64,000 nt of DNA, taken from the NCBI GenBank assembly GCA_964019335.1, contig OZ025736.1, forward strand, positions 124,001 to 188,000, read 5' to 3'. Source of the stretch: Diplonema japonicum. Lineage: Eukaryota; Protista; Euglenozoa: Diplonemea. Below, piece by piece: positions 21,101 through 32,086 of the stretch. The notes under the pieces are model-generated. The model was not told the origin of the DNA. It worked only from the letters and a program-made list of their open reading frames with translations, and did no database searches. The stretch's first letter is position 1. Each line of letters starts with the position of its first letter. Both the position numbers and the translations under genes were made by a program.

Positions 21101-22151
21101 AGCACGTATTGTCGTTATCCGGAGAAATAATGCAGTAATTGTTGCTGTTGTAGTCAACACACGCACGGCTAGCGTTGTTGGCAAATCCCGTAGGACATTG
21201 GTAGCTACCGCACAACGGGACGCAGCAGGTGGAGGTGTTGCATGCTGTCGCATTGCACACAGTGTCTTGTGTGGTCGTGTTGACTGGACACATCACACCG
21301 CTGCACGATTTACATGTTGACTCATATTCAGCATTGTAGGAAGGACAGTCGATACTAGCGTTGCCCCCGTAGCCGTCCGCGCACGTGCACTGAGGACACT
21401 CCAGCAGCTCTATCGGGCATGTACCGTTGCAGTCGATGGAGTTGTTGAAGCTTTGCGTAGCACGGCACACGTCTTCGTAGCAACACGAAAAATCAGAGTC
21501 CCAACCTTTCCATGGCACAGGCCGGTACGCGCCTGAAAAGCTGTAGTACGTCCCCCAGTCACCATCGGGGTACCAAGTGTCGATGCGTGTCCACGACGGG
21601 GGACACTGGTAGCTTCGGCAGTCGACACATGTCGCATAGCCACCAAAGGGTGCCAAGACGGTGGAAGATGTAACTAGAGTTTCGTTGTAGACAGGCATGG
21701 TAGGCCATGCGCAGTACTGGCAGCAGGTTGTGTCGCTGCATTTCCCATTGCACGTTATGTTGTTCGCGTTGTCGAGGAGGACGCCGGCGGAACAGGCGTG
21801 CCCCTCGCAGGTCAGGCTGCAGTTATCTGAGAATATCCCACTGACGTTACACTGTAACTCTGCTTCGCCTGAAAGGGGGTATATGCAAGTGCAGTTCGCT
21901 GCCTGACACTCGGTTTCTGTAGTGCACGTCTCGTTGCAGGAGACCCTGTTGGTAGGCACGTCGCATAAAAGCTCACAGCATGTGGCTTCGTTTTGGCTAT
22001 CGAACTGATTACATTGGCCAAAGTTGGAGTTGAAGCACAACTCGAGCGTATTAGTTGTGTTTGCGGGGCAGTTGTACGTGCTGCAGTTTGCAGTACCTGA
22101 CACGGATTGCGTGAGGGCACACAGCAAAGCAAGAATATATTTGAATGCCAT
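18138..22151 (-). CDS. Cysteine-rich type I membrane (surface) protein
   Basis: The likely ATG at 22151 gives the signal peptide MAFKYILALLCALTQSVSG. It has repeated CxxYxCP...CC modules, many NxS/T sequons and a C-terminal TM segment (FYILIVASVTVFVALLIMI) with a short tail. Confidence 0.88.
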   Translation of the reverse strand: MAFKYILALLCALTQSVSGTANCSTYNCPANTTNTLELCFNSNFGQCNQFDSQNEATCCELLCDVPTNRVSCNETCTTETECQAANCTCIYPLSGEAELQCNVSGIFSDNCSLTCEGHACSAGVLLDNANNITCNGKCSDTTCCQYCAWPTMPVYNETLVTSSTVLAPFGGYATCVDCRSYQCPPSWTRIDTWYPDGDWGTYYSFSGAYRPVPWKGWDSDFSCCYEDVCRATQSFNNSIDCNGTCPIELLECPQCTCADGYGGNASIDCPSYNAEYESTCKSCSGVMCPVNTTTQDTVCNATACNTSTCCVPLCGSYQCPTGFANNASRACVDYNSNNYCIISPDNDNTCCTNVPRCNSYTCSPGYSSDIGRDWLACTATNNTACTPFANDNRCCAENNCTTTSAASESVTCTAGILMCNNVSSCGSCSCAAGFSGVPHITCPVNGGSWNITGCDATCATFDCLSYNYDNKVNSTVCSNGTQSCTPELCCSCAAPLSGTPPNCTCVAPYHTITTPPYCVLPSCSTYTCPSNMHIFNGTAECINTANNVTCTADDDMNTAKCCTPNICSVNNKTAAAATCQPLAGEWPTREDCTKLTGPANCEARYSCFWGSSGCKSCESASVQECTNPRCQWNGASCVTSAAVCNSTVTCNAPSCDCNDGYVGSVDLSCSNNASYFEHSCKVTCKAFDCHPQLSNDALCPSGELSNCNTALCCHGQVDTCSNYTCNDPLVTNDTADSQPCTSTDMFGDCTPDDVANNEMCCEEPVCKPLNNVTGMVCQGNIATCRNARECHCSCDIPNWVGTARVNCAVNGGVLEVSGCNQTCKAHTCTDPHDRIIDGKTVCDEKCDDATCCEVNCPAHAKGPDCDCEPPYHNAEEYISYWDYKGTGDWCRLPSCSYYTCPALHKLKDEHPLPLCEKAQNVTHCLPNSTENTAVCCVEYWGKYEPGTAGVHLSRNLEDLNLTKLTTSMTTDLGLECGNSGVGANIDWDNSPPGKVVFSIVVPDKCNISSVQGRCKGILSRPVKALTTKSGVAAALEESDNNVVHFFHGDDKVTFTIIDRSGRRSGDDLCKEAAMKIKTGVFLDLGVPEYYKMTVGLVGYLTKKDVATILLSGEDQLEYYEVVEDTTGGSCNLTASFTLETYSTVGSSIAHLEGSDDVCEVKEMVKEGTRRGAKGRILSHQHLTADEVAKGLNVSRAQVVLYKNMEFTYETREETILTTAQVENRFKVLVGKPVLMVVKDTHPSEASLFELCRLNFEGMDCPPTLSSVTVQQCLALEESSQKKKPAFYILIVASVTVFVALLIMIKLYLNYRYCPPVREHSLSLVSSEMTEIHEDPLE

Positions 22152-23014
22152 AGGAGGCCTTTTTACATCTTCTTGTTTCAATGCCGCTTTTCTTTTTTTT
22201 TTTTTTGCTTTAGAGTACGATTTGGGAGGGATTAAATGAGGGGGGGGAAAAAATAAAGAAGAAGAAGACAGAACAGCAAGGATGTTGTAATTTGAGGCTA
22301 AAAGAAAGAAAGGGTGGGGACAAACATGAGTACTAAGTAGGTGTGTCCGAACTGATAACTGAAGAAGTGATCCCTTAAAAGATGCAAAGAAACGTAAGTG
22401 TGTTGCGATGGATACCAACAAAAAAAAAAGGAAAAAAAGGGACGGGGGAAAACGAAAAAAAAAATAAAATGCTGTGTTTCCCTATCCGGGAAGCTAGTTC
22501 CCCATTTAAAAGATCAGCCAAATCTTAAGATTACTATATCTTTTGTGGGGGGGGGGGGCTCCATTTATTTGTGCAATTGAGCGGCTTTTTTATTTTCAAG
22601 AAAAATCGCTCTTTTGTTGTTTTGTCTCAACTTAAAACAGAAGAGAGAAAAAAAAAAAGAAGAGAAAACGAAAAAAAAGGGAAAGCAGCAGAAGATACAC
22701 CAACCAACCATAACCACAGAAAAAGAACATCCCTTTTCTCCCATATTTTTTTTCTTTCTTTTTTTTTTTCATTTTGCTTTTTTTTTTTTAACCCCCCTGT
22801 CTCTTCTTTTCCTTTAAATGCACGAGGAAGCAAGGAAAGCCGGTAGGGAAAAGATAATTGAGGAAGTAAATAGGGGGGGAAAAAAAAAGGCTTCTAAGCA
22901 GGCGAAGAAGAATACTAGAATTGAGTGTGTGACAAAGAGAGAAAAAAAAAAGAGAAAAACAAAAAAAAGAACAACTGACTATATAACACATGGAAATTCT
23001 TTTTTATCGCATCT

Positions 23015-23122
23015 TTATTGGGGGAACTGAGCCGAGGATCGGTGGGGCAGGCCGTTTTTGGGGGTAACCCCCTTGGTAATAGTTAGGGTTTATGGGTGCC
23101 GGTTGTGGCTTATATGCAATCT

Positions 23123-23164
<42 letters not shown>

Positions 23165-24707
23165 CTTCTTTTTTAAATAATTACCTTGTCATTGATCCGT
23201 CCGTGTGGGGGCAAAGGGGCACGAAGCCCATGCTGGGTTATCCTAGGCAACACACCGCTCGGGGGAGCACTAGGTACCCCTGACGAAGAGGGTGGTGAGC
23301 CATGCCTGTTATGAGCTCTGACGAGGTGTGGGTGCGCGCGGTGATTGACCATCATCCCCTGTAGTTCCCGTTCCTTCATAAGCTCTCTTTGCCGCAAGGA
23401 GTCCGGTGCAGCTTCACCCCTGTTTTGTATTTTTTCAATTTTTTTTTCCCCCTCAACACGCACCTTGACGAAGGGCTTGGTGAGTACACGCTCGGGTTCG
23501 GCAGATTTCTTCTTAATGCTTCGTGCTGTGCAGCGAAGGGGTCTGTCGAGCCCGTCTTGGTCTTCGGGTACTGCGCACCGTGGCTGACTTTCGGCAGCCC
23601 GTTGTTCCCGGGACCCGGTGCGGGGCCGAGGTGTTGTTTCCTCCCCTTGGAGGATCGTCGGTCGCCGTCGGTGTCGTCTTCTGTCACGGTCCCCTCTTCC
23701 CCTTCCCTTGGGGACCCCGGGGCGGGGTTGACCTCACGTGACAACCGTGCGTAGCCCGGGAGCAACTTATGCTTCAGCATCTGTTCTAGATAATGCTGCG
23801 GGACCCCCGCGTTGCCGCTCACCCACTGCCCGAGCCGCCGCCGCACCAACGGGGACGAGAGAATGGTGCCCAGTGACATCCGCTGCCGGGGGTCCTTGAC
23901 AAGCACCTTTTGAACGATCTCACGCAGTTCGCTGCTGTAGTACGAGGGCGGCGGGTCGTAGTGGACTCGAATCTGTTTTTTTTTTTTTCTCTTTTTTTTT
24001 TCCCCTTCTTTTATCATACGATCTTCGTCATGAGCGACTTCATGTCATTCGCGTTGAAGGGATGCTTAAGCGCCATCATTTCATACAGCACGACGCCTAG
24101 AGCCCAGATGTCACTGTGGTGGTTGTACACTTTCCTTATCCCTGTCACCATACCTCCGGGTGTCGTACGGCTTCTCCTGGACAAGCTCGGGCGACAGGTA
24201 GTAAGGCGTGCCGACAAAGGTGTGGGCTTGGTCAAAGGTGTTGTTCAGCTCCCTTGCAATTCCAAAGTCGCCGATTTTGATAACACCTTGCGAGGTGATG
24301 AAGATGTTCTGTGTCTTGACGTCCCTGTGCAGGATATGCTTCTGGTGCACTGCGTTCACTGCCAAGCATATCTGGATGAGCCAGTCAAGGATCACGTTTT
24401 CTCTAAGATGCCCCCGACAGCTTTTCAGCCTGCCCGCAATGTCGCCTGCATCTGCATACTCCATGACTATACACAAGTGGTCCGTCCGCCTCGCGAGGAA
24501 CGAGTCCACATAATTTATAATATTCGGATGTTTCAACGAGCTCAGGACCCTCGCTTCGTTGAGCGCTTGCCGCCTCTCCCTCTTGCTCAGGTTCGCCAGA
24601 TCAATCTGCTTCATGACATAGTGCTTCCCGTCGTCGTTGTTCCGCATCAAGAAGCACGCCCCCATGTTGCCCTTCCCGATATGTTTTATTCTCGTGTACT
24701 TTTCCAT
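23015..24707 (-). CDS. NIMA-related (NEK) Ser/Thr kinase, 5 exons
   Basis: Motifs [36 protein letters not shown] and SDIWALG. Introns at 24114-24153, 23973-24019, 23420-23463 and 23121-23184; stop at 23015-23017. Confidence 0.92.
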
Positions 24708-24802
24708 TTTCTTTTTTGTTTCTGTGTACCCCAACCCCCCTGATGTATGTGATCCACCCATATGTTCACTCGAAATAATAATATCATCTACTGCCCACTT
24801 TT

Positions 24803-26143
24803 CTAAAGCCTCGCCGGGCATGGGCATGGGTGGTGCACATCCCGTGTGAACACAGTGCCCATGGGAGCAGGGATCTGCCCTGGTGTGGCGATCTCGGCAA
24901 CAATGGACATCGTAGGAGTCTTCAAGGATAGGATTGCAAACAGGCTGCGACACTGCTTGGCGTAGTTGAGATGCAAAAGGACGTAGCCGTGGTCCTCAGA
25001 GCATGTGAGGTGCTCTACATAAGAAGTGAGCGGAAGAAAGGTAGCAGCAAGGACATCATGGTCGGCAGGTGGGGCCCACGTGTACTTCACGCCTGAGAGG
25101 ACGTCGTACTTTGTGAACAAGTCCGCCGACCAAGAGTAAAGGTACCTACATGGCAGGGTGTCGCGATAAGTGTGGACAAATGTGGCACGTGCATTGACAC
25201 TTACAGCCTGCTGTTCCACTTCACATGTTTTCGTGTTTATCTTTATTAGTTGCAGGGTGCCATCTGTCTCGACTGTTCTCGTGGCTCCCATTTTGAACGT
25301 TTCATGCACAACAGCAGAGAACACCACCTCCGCGCCTAAGTTTGACACAACACCACCGAAGCAAGTTACGAACCCCTTCACCTCCAACCGCAGCACTCCG
25401 CTGCCTTTCCTTGGCACCATTACCAGCTCGTTAAGACCTTCTGAAGCTCTGCTGCTGTCTAAGTATGCCCCAGGCGGTTCTATTCCAAGCACAACCCTCA
25501 CGTCTTGTAGCATACGCTGCATGTCCCATGCATTGGTTGAGTAGAAAACGCAATGCTTCGACGTGAGGAGGAAGTCATGCGTTACTGTTGTGAGGGGTAC
25601 CACGGCAACTTGCTTTCTATGTACCGCGGGGCCTTCCTCTGTCACAGTCAGCTTCATGATGCTTGGCTGGAACTCCGGTGCAAAAGACACTCGTACGTCT
25701 CCGTCCCACCTTGCCCTGCCCACTGCGGTGTGGCCTTTTGAGCGGCCCATGTTGGTGAGAGTTACCGAGTCCAGGACGTACGGTGCTGTGGTGGGCGTCA
25801 GTGCCTCGATAGCTTCCTGTCTCACAGCAACCCCAAAGTTCGGGAGCCCTAACCATTTTTTCTTCCCGCCTTGGAGCCAGCCTCTATGCTGCAAGAATGC
25901 CCGTGTCTGCCCCACTAAACCTTTCTCCGTCCTAGTCCCCATGTACAAGCCGTGTTCTCCCACCACCTTCCGCACCTGGAACCAGCACCCGTTGCTGAAG
26001 GTAATTTTCACCACCAATCCGTCCCTGTCAATCTCGTGCTCGCCCCCCTCAACAGGCCCCACAGCTAGATACGTGCCATTCAGCTCCTTAGGGATCACCC
26101 CCTTGATGAGGGAGGGTGGCACGCGCCATGTCTCATGCTGCAT
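24803..26143 (-). CDS. Carotenoid cleavage oxygenase/RPE65-like beta-propeller protein, divergent
   Basis: Motifs GVIPKELNGTYLAVGP, HEIDRDGLVVKITF, HDFLLT and EDHGYVL. The likely ATG is at 26143. Confidence 0.75.
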   Translation of the reverse strand: MQHETWRVPPSLIKGVIPKELNGTYLAVGPVEGGEHEIDRDGLVVKITFSNGCWFQVRKVVGEHGLYMGTRTEKGLVGQTRAFLQHRGWLQGGKKKWLGLPNFGVAVRQEAIEALTPTTAPYVLDSVTLTNMGRSKGHTAVGRARWDGDVRVSFAPEFQPSIMKLTVTEEGPAVHRKQVAVVPLTTVTHDFLLTSKHCVFYSTNAWDMQRMLQDVRVVLGIEPPGAYLDSSRASEGLNELVMVPRKGSGVLRLEVKGFVTCFGGVVSNLGAEVVFSAVVHETFKMGATRTVETDGTLQLIKINTKTCEVEQQAVSVNARATFVHTYRDTLPCRYLYSWSADLFTKYDVLSGVKYTWAPPADHDVLAATFLPLTSYVEHLTCSEDHGYVLLHLNYAKQCRSLFAILSLKTPTMSIVAEIATPGQIPAPMGTVFTRDVHHPCPCPARL

Positions 26144-26335
26144 CCTCCTATTGTGAGTCGGGTAGCATACAAAATAAAAAAAAGAAGTTGTTTTATACAA
26201 AGGCGGGGATTTGGTTCAAACATGACCGCACTACGTGGTGACTGTCAACACTGCTCTACTTTGCAGCGAAGGTGGGATAAAAGGTGAAAAAAAGATATAG
26301 ACAACAAGGTGCCAGAGGCGCTATCTAAACACGCC

Positions 26336-28033
26336 TTAATCAGTTAGAACATCGAGGCTCATAGATGCGCAGTACCGTAGGACAGAGGTGCCTGTGTAGT
26401 ATTACGTGTCGTGCATGTTGAGCATACCTTCCATGATAACTGTGAGGGAGCCGTAGTGCTGCGGTTCCGGATCCCAGATGGCGAGGCCTTCCGTGGTGCC
26501 GTCGGGGAGTGTTGTGTCGCCTTGGATGGTGATGTGGCATGTGAGGGGGAGATTCGAGAAGAGTTTCGTGAAGTACGTGCCTAGGTTGGTGCCGCGGAGG
26601 GATGTAAGGGAAGTAGACGTCACGTCGAAGTGGCGCAGCATCGACGTCGGGCGGAAGAAGCCCAGCACGGCGGGTATATCTTTCCTATTCAGCGCGGCAG
26701 TGAAATCCTCAAATGGAGACGTGTGCTCTGGAATCTCGCTCTTCTCCGACAAGGGGACCTCCCATCCCCCAGATGCCGACACCCTCTCCTCATGTTCTGA
26801 TTGCCCGTTGAACGTGAGAGGTGTTCCCGACCACGGGCTCATAGCAGGCGGCAGCGCGACTTGCTCACCTATGCTCTGGAACCGAAGCCAGAGCCTTGCG
26901 TCTGTCCCAATCACCCTCACGTCCTCCAGCCTTGTTACGAGCTTCCCGTTGATGTGCGTGAGCTTGTCGCCGATGTACTGCTGCAAGCCGTGGTTCCCAG
27001 CGGGGCTCCCCTCGGCAACAGACTTCAGTATCATCTCTTCTAGAACACAGCCCAGTGCCTCCCCTGGCTTCTTCTCGATCAGCACGTCGTCTGCAAGAAT
27101 ATTACTAGGAATGTTTACGATACTCATCATGGGAGACGGCGTGACCGACGCAGGGGGGGGGAGCACGACAGGGACAGTGCTATCATAAACAGGGGACGAA
27201 ATCAGTGCTTGGGGATCGTGCGACTGGGGGTAGGAAAGCGCAGTATTCTGGTACATCGGAAGGGGTGTCGGGACAGCGGGGTGCATGAGTGGCGACACGG
27301 GTGCTTGCGGACGCTGGTCCAAAGACACCGAGATGGGCTCCTCGTTAGCGAAGCGAAGGATAAGCGTCTGCGTCCCGTGCGCGTAGTCGATGGACGATGA
27401 CCGCAAGGCCAGCACGTCGTGAACAGTCCGCACAGGGATGTTGTTGATGTGTGTCAACCGCTGCCCGATGTGTGTGCCCACCCCACACCTCTGCGCTGCA
27501 GAGTCCGTTTCGACGTTGGATAGGTACAGACCCGACTGGTGGTCGACCCACGTAGTCCCCATCTTCTCATGGATCTGCTTAAATAACGTCACATCTCGCC
27601 ACAACCCGACATCGCTGGGCATGGTGCTAACTACTTGATACTGAGACTGAGGCAGCTGAAGCGGCTGTACTTGCGGCACCTGCTGCTGGGGCTGTGGCGG
27701 GGGTGCTGCTGCTGCTGCTGCTGGGATCTGAACAACTGACGCTTCGAAAGACGTAGGTGAGGTCACCTCTATGGGCGATGATGGAGGGAGAGAAGCTGGG
27801 GGTGCCGTGTGATAAGGCACGTAAGAGAGGTTCCGAGCCATGGGGCTGGTGGGAACAGGTACTGCAGGTATGTGCGTCGGCACAGATACCGCCACCGGTA
27901 TGGGGTTCACAATGGCCAAACCACCGTACTCCTGAAAATTCGTTGATTGGTCTCCATAATAACTTGCTTCCTGCTGATTGCCCGTCTCTTCTTCTACCTT
28001 CACCCCGCCTAGAAATAGCTGTGCTCTGGGCAT
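26336..28033 (-). CDS. Pro-rich protein with two PDZ-like domains and a C-terminal NTF2/SnoaL-like segment
   Basis: Two units (V..DS.A...G....IG.RLTHIN..PV and VAEGSPA...GL..YIGDKLTHINGK.V), plus FTAALNRKDIPAVLGFF. Intron 26392-26427; stop at 26336-26338. Confidence 0.8.
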
Positions 28034-28406
28034 GCTTTCTAATTCAACATGTTACGCTCGCTTGCCCTAGTGTGTCATGCGAAGGTGTTTGTAGTATGAA
28101 AGGAGAGAAAGAAGAGAAAAAAAAACCATCAATACTGTCAGACGAACATCAATAGGTAGGGGCCCTCAAACCCACGGTATTTTGCGCCTCATTCTCCTTT
28201 TCTGGGAGAAGAGTGCAAGCTCTTTTAGTATCTACGTTCATCTCATTAGAGATTTACTGAAGGTAAAAACATATTTCACGAAAAAAGAAAAAGAACAGTA
28301 AAAATCTGGAGGGGGGGGAGAAAGAAAAAAAACTACTTTTGACAAACAGTAAAAAGGTGCATGACACGCGCACGTATTGACCTGACTATCTAGCACGCAC
28401 AATGTT

Positions 28407-29747
28407 CTATAACGAAGTTTTCCATTTCCCGACAGTTTCCGTCGCACGGAATGCGAAGTTCACCCCAACAATCATGAGAAGTCCTCCTGCCGTCCAAAAC
28501 CCTGTTGTGATTCCTGCAACCTTGGCAATAAGGCCGATCCCACCCGCTCCCACCATCAACCCCACGTCACCTGCAGACCTCAGTAGCGCCAAGGCCTGGC
28601 TCCTCTTCGCCCCTTCGTTGATATCAGTCGCATAGGCTGTGGGTGTCGTACCCAAACATGTTGCACCGCACCCCCATGCCATCCACAAGAGGCCAAGCTG
28701 CTCTCTGCTTGTAGCAAAGGGGAGGAACACAGCTGCCGTCGCCATGATGAAGCACGCGGGCACTGCTACAGCTTTCCGCCCGTACCTGTCTGACACCCAC
28801 GCAGCAGGTTGCGACCCCACCAGGTTGATGAGAGCAAGAGCAGTGAAGCACTGTCCTAGGTCCGCCGCGGTAGCACCGAACTGCTCTGCTGCGAACAACG
28901 GCAACAAGGTAAACATCGCACCGCTAGCCACCCCCCAATACACGGAGTGCAAGGCCAGCACTGCACGCATACTCGGTGTCGAGGCGATGGGTTTCCAGCT
29001 CCTAATAGTGTTCATGACCTCCTCGCGCAGAGACTTGACCTCCCTCTTAGGGTCAGGAGGCAGTGACTCGGGCAGCATCACCATGTTGTTGATGCCACTG
29101 AACAGCATAGCACATCCCACGTAGCAGAAGGGCGCTGCTAGTCCATGTTGGGCAGCAACAAGCCCACCCACAACAGGACCTACCATCATGCCTATCGAGA
29201 ATGCTGCAGCAAGCGGCGCCATCGTGCGGGCACGGTTTTCAGGTGTGCTGATGTCTGCCAAGTAAAGCTGCCCTCCCGTCATTTGGATGCTGCCTCCTGT
29301 GCCAGACATCACACGAAAGAGCAGCAGTTCAGGCAATGATGTAGCGATAGAGCATAGTGCTGTGCCTGCTGCCGAGACACCGGGCCCCGCCACCATAAGA
29401 GGCTTTCTTCCATATCTATCAGCTGCCCAGGCTGCAGGGATGTTGCAGACAAGCCTGGCAGCGCCCATGACGGCTACTACTAACCCTAGACCTGCCGGGG
29501 AAATGCCTATGCTGGAAGCAAACAGGGGCATCACCGGGATGATGACGCCAATGCCGCTCCCGTTGAGCAGAGATGAAACCGCAATGTTGTAGACACGCTT
29601 ATCGAGCTTAAGGCTCGCATGCTGCACGGGGAGCGTCTCACCTGTCACTCTGCACCATCTCTTCTGTCTGCTGGTCCAGGTCTTCTTGAAGGCGATGCTT
29701 CTAGCAATGTGTGCGTTGCATCTCAGAGGTGTGTGCACGAATGGCAT
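28407..29747 (-). CDS. MFS transporter (DHA1/TetA-like)
   Basis: Motif A occurs twice (AWAADRYGRK, AWVSDRYGRK), with YLADISTPENRAR and GMMVGPVVGG; about 12 TM segments. Confidence 0.9.
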   Translation of the reverse strand: MPFVHTPLRCNAHIARSIAFKKTWTSRQKRWCRVTGETLPVQHASLKLDKRVYNIAVSSLLNGSGIGVIIPVMPLFASSIGISPAGLGLVVAVMGAARLVCNIPAAWAADRYGRKPLMVAGPGVSAAGTALCSIATSLPELLLFRVMSGTGGSIQMTGGQLYLADISTPENRARTMAPLAAAFSIGMMVGPVVGGLVAAQHGLAAPFCYVGCAMLFSGINNMVMLPESLPPDPKREVKSLREEVMNTIRSWKPIASTPSMRAVLALHSVYWGVASGAMFTLLPLFAAEQFGATAADLGQCFTALALINLVGSQPAAWVSDRYGRKAVAVPACFIMATAAVFLPFATSREQLGLLWMAWGCGATCLGTTPTAYATDINEGAKRSQALALLRSAGDVGLMVGAGGIGLIAKVAGITTGFWTAGGLLMIVGVNFAFRATETVGKWKTSL

Positions 29748-29838
29748 CCCCCCTCCCCCCACAGCTGAGTAGTGCTTAGCTTGTAAATAAGCTCTGCTTA
29801 ACTAGTAAATAAGACTGAGAGAGCCGTAAGGCAGTCTG

Positions 29839-30471
29839 TCACGTGTTAAAAAGCCTTCGTTTGAGATCGCTAACAAAGGAGGGTGACTCCGTCACCAGCG
29901 GACCGAGGAGAATGTTGTCGGGTATAATGGACGCCTCGGGAGGGTAGGGAAGGGCGTCCCAGAGATCAGAAGTGATCTGTCGCTGGAGGGCAGGCATGCC
30001 AGTGAGGAGCAAGGCGTCAACAGAGAGATGTTTCATGTTGTGCCGCTTGGCGACGAGGAGCCCTTGCTGGGCAAGGGTGGCTGGGGTGCTGGCCATCATG
30101 TTCAGGACGAGGTACCCACACAAGGGGGACGTCTTCTGCATCAAGGTCTCGGCAAACTCCAGCGACTCGTTATCGTCATATAGGTACACCACGGCTGCCC
30201 CAAGGCTCACCTCCATCTCGAAGCAGGGAGAGTCATGCACCTCCACCACGTGGCACATCACGTACACAGGCTCCATCGTGTCGCTAATCTTGAACCCCGT
30301 CCTGAACCTCTGATCCTTAGCCGCAGCTGTCAGCCCCGTTACTAGCTCCGTTTTGCCCACACACGCGTCCCCCACTGCCATCACCTTCACTGCATAGTGG
30401 TATGACGTGCCGGACTCCAGCAGCTCTTGCCAGCGGTCATCACTCATCTCACCTGAGGGCAATATCTTCAT
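29839..30471 (-). CDS. Atypical Rab-like small GTPase
   Basis: P-loop VKVMAVGDACVGKT is present, but there is no canonical DxxGQ or NKxD and no C-terminal Cys. The 5' end is uncertain. Confidence 0.65.
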   Translation of the reverse strand: MKILPSGEMSDDRWQELLESGTSYHYAVKVMAVGDACVGKTELVTGLTAAAKDQRFRTGFKISDTMEPVYVMCHVVEVHDSPCFEMEVSLGAAVVYLYDDNESLEFAETLMQKTSPLCGYLVLNMMASTPATLAQQGLLVAKRHNMKHLSVDALLLTGMPALQRQITSDLWDALPYPPEASIIPDNILLGPLVTESPSFVSDLKRRLFNT

Positions 30472-30550
30472 CACCGAGGAGGGCTTTTTCTTTTTTTTCT
30501 TCCTTCCCTTTCATTCTTCTTTTTCGCTTTCTTTTTTCCTTCAAGCTTTC

Positions 30551-31531
30551 TTAACTAAGGTTTCGTTTAACTAACATGGCGGCGATGCCTCGTGCCTCCG
30601 CGTGAAGGCCCTTTCTGCAGCAGCAGTCGATCATGGCCTTGTGGATGGTGGGGTCGGAGGCATTATGCCTTGCCGCTCTGTAAGCAAGAGCAGCTAGATG
30701 ATGGTCAGTTGATTGGTCGCGGGCAACAGCACGGATGAGAGATATGTGACAGCTGAGCGGGATGCCCCTAGGGAAGGCGGCGGACAGACGTGTCCAAAGA
30801 GGTTTCAGAAGGCGTGCGGTGGATAGAAGGGCCACCGCGTCGAAGATAGCGGCCCATGACGAAGGCTGTAGTCGAATGGAGTTGCAGATCCCGAGGTAGC
30901 GCTCTACTTGTGGGGTGTCATGGCAGTGGACATAGACACTGATTACCTTAATTAAAATTGCTTCAGTGATGTTTAAACCTACGGTGAAGAAGTCATGCAG
31001 AATACTGTCAAGGTCGGCGGTGGTAGTGGCAACTGCGATTCGCGCCTCGTACAGTTCTGTAGTGAAGGGAACGTTGTGGGACTGAAGAATATCCCACACA
31101 AAAGGCACCATGCTGGGAGGCGTTGCTTTGACTGTGATGAGGCAGGCGGTTGGCAGTGAAAATCGAACCCCATTCGAAGTGAGTTGCAGGAGAATCGCCA
31201 GTGTGTCTTGAAGTGAAAACCATTTCTGTGAGAGGATGGTGGCTGCGACATCTGAGTCGGGGCGGACGCCCTTCGCTAGCATGCGTAGCATCACCCTTGC
31301 GGCTTGTTCAGTGTTCCCTTCCCTGCAGTACCTTTCCAGAACAGCAGTCTGTGTCACTTTTCCCACTTCCCACCCGTCTGAGTCCATCAGTACCATTTTC
31401 TTATAAGCATCTATAACACGCGGTCCCTTCACAACCTCAGCAGAGGCGTCGCCGTCGTTTGGGAACCACACTCGGCCCCGCTTCATTGGGGCGCTCCATG
31501 CACACCTGCGTGCCACCGTGGCTACCTGCAT
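30551..31531 (-). CDS. PPR-like helical repeat protein (probably mitochondrial)
   Basis: PPR-type repeats (TQTAVLERYCREGNTEQAARVMLRMLAKGVRPD, IHKAMIDCCCRKGLHAEA) and an Arg-rich N-terminus from ATG 31531. Confidence 0.75.
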   Translation of the reverse strand: MQVATVARRCAWSAPMKRGRVWFPNDGDASAEVVKGPRVIDAYKKMVLMDSDGWEVGKVTQTAVLERYCREGNTEQAARVMLRMLAKGVRPDSDVAATILSQKWFSLQDTLAILLQLTSNGVRFSLPTACLITVKATPPSMVPFVWDILQSHNVPFTTELYEARIAVATTTADLDSILHDFFTVGLNITEAILIKVISVYVHCHDTPQVERYLGICNSIRLQPSSWAAIFDAVALLSTARLLKPLWTRLSAAFPRGIPLSCHISLIRAVARDQSTDHHLAALAYRAARHNASDPTIHKAMIDCCCRKGLHAEARGIAAMLVKRNLS

Positions 31532-32086
31532 ATGGTGGCAGGAGGAAAGAAAGCGCACAATAAGTAAAAGAAGTTACGGGAAAGACAAGGAAATATTTAA
31601 ACGATATAAGTAAATAAAAAAAAAAGAAGAAAAAAAAAGGAGTGGGGTTTTTTTTTAATAAAGAGAAAAAGAAAGAGAAAAAAAAGGAGAAACAAAAAAG
31701 AAGAAAAAAAGAAGAGAAGCTATTATTCCATTTGCTCCTCCATATCATTCCCACCTCCTCTTTCTCGTTCACCCCCCGCCTCACCCATCGAAGGGTGCAT
31801 AGAGCAAAGCAGAAAAAAAAGAAGAAGAAAAAACCGACCGACCGTATGTATTTTATTTTATTTTTTTTTTGCCGTTCTTACCCGCATCCTATTCGTCTTT
31901 ATATCAATTTTGTAATTTTCTTCCCCCTTTCGTTTCCCAGTGAGCGTTACGAATAAGCAAAGAAAGGAGTGGGGAAAAGGGGAAAAAAAAAGGGGGGGGG
32001 AAGGAAAAGAGGAGGAAAAAAAAAAACAAACAACAGGAAGAAGAAAAAAAAAACACTCCTTTCTTCCTTCCCACCACGACGACGGC

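Noticed and set aside
22152-22421. N-terminal extension of the Cys-rich ORF
   Set aside because: It starts at a non-ATG codon, runs through homopolymers and would bury the signal peptide at 22151.
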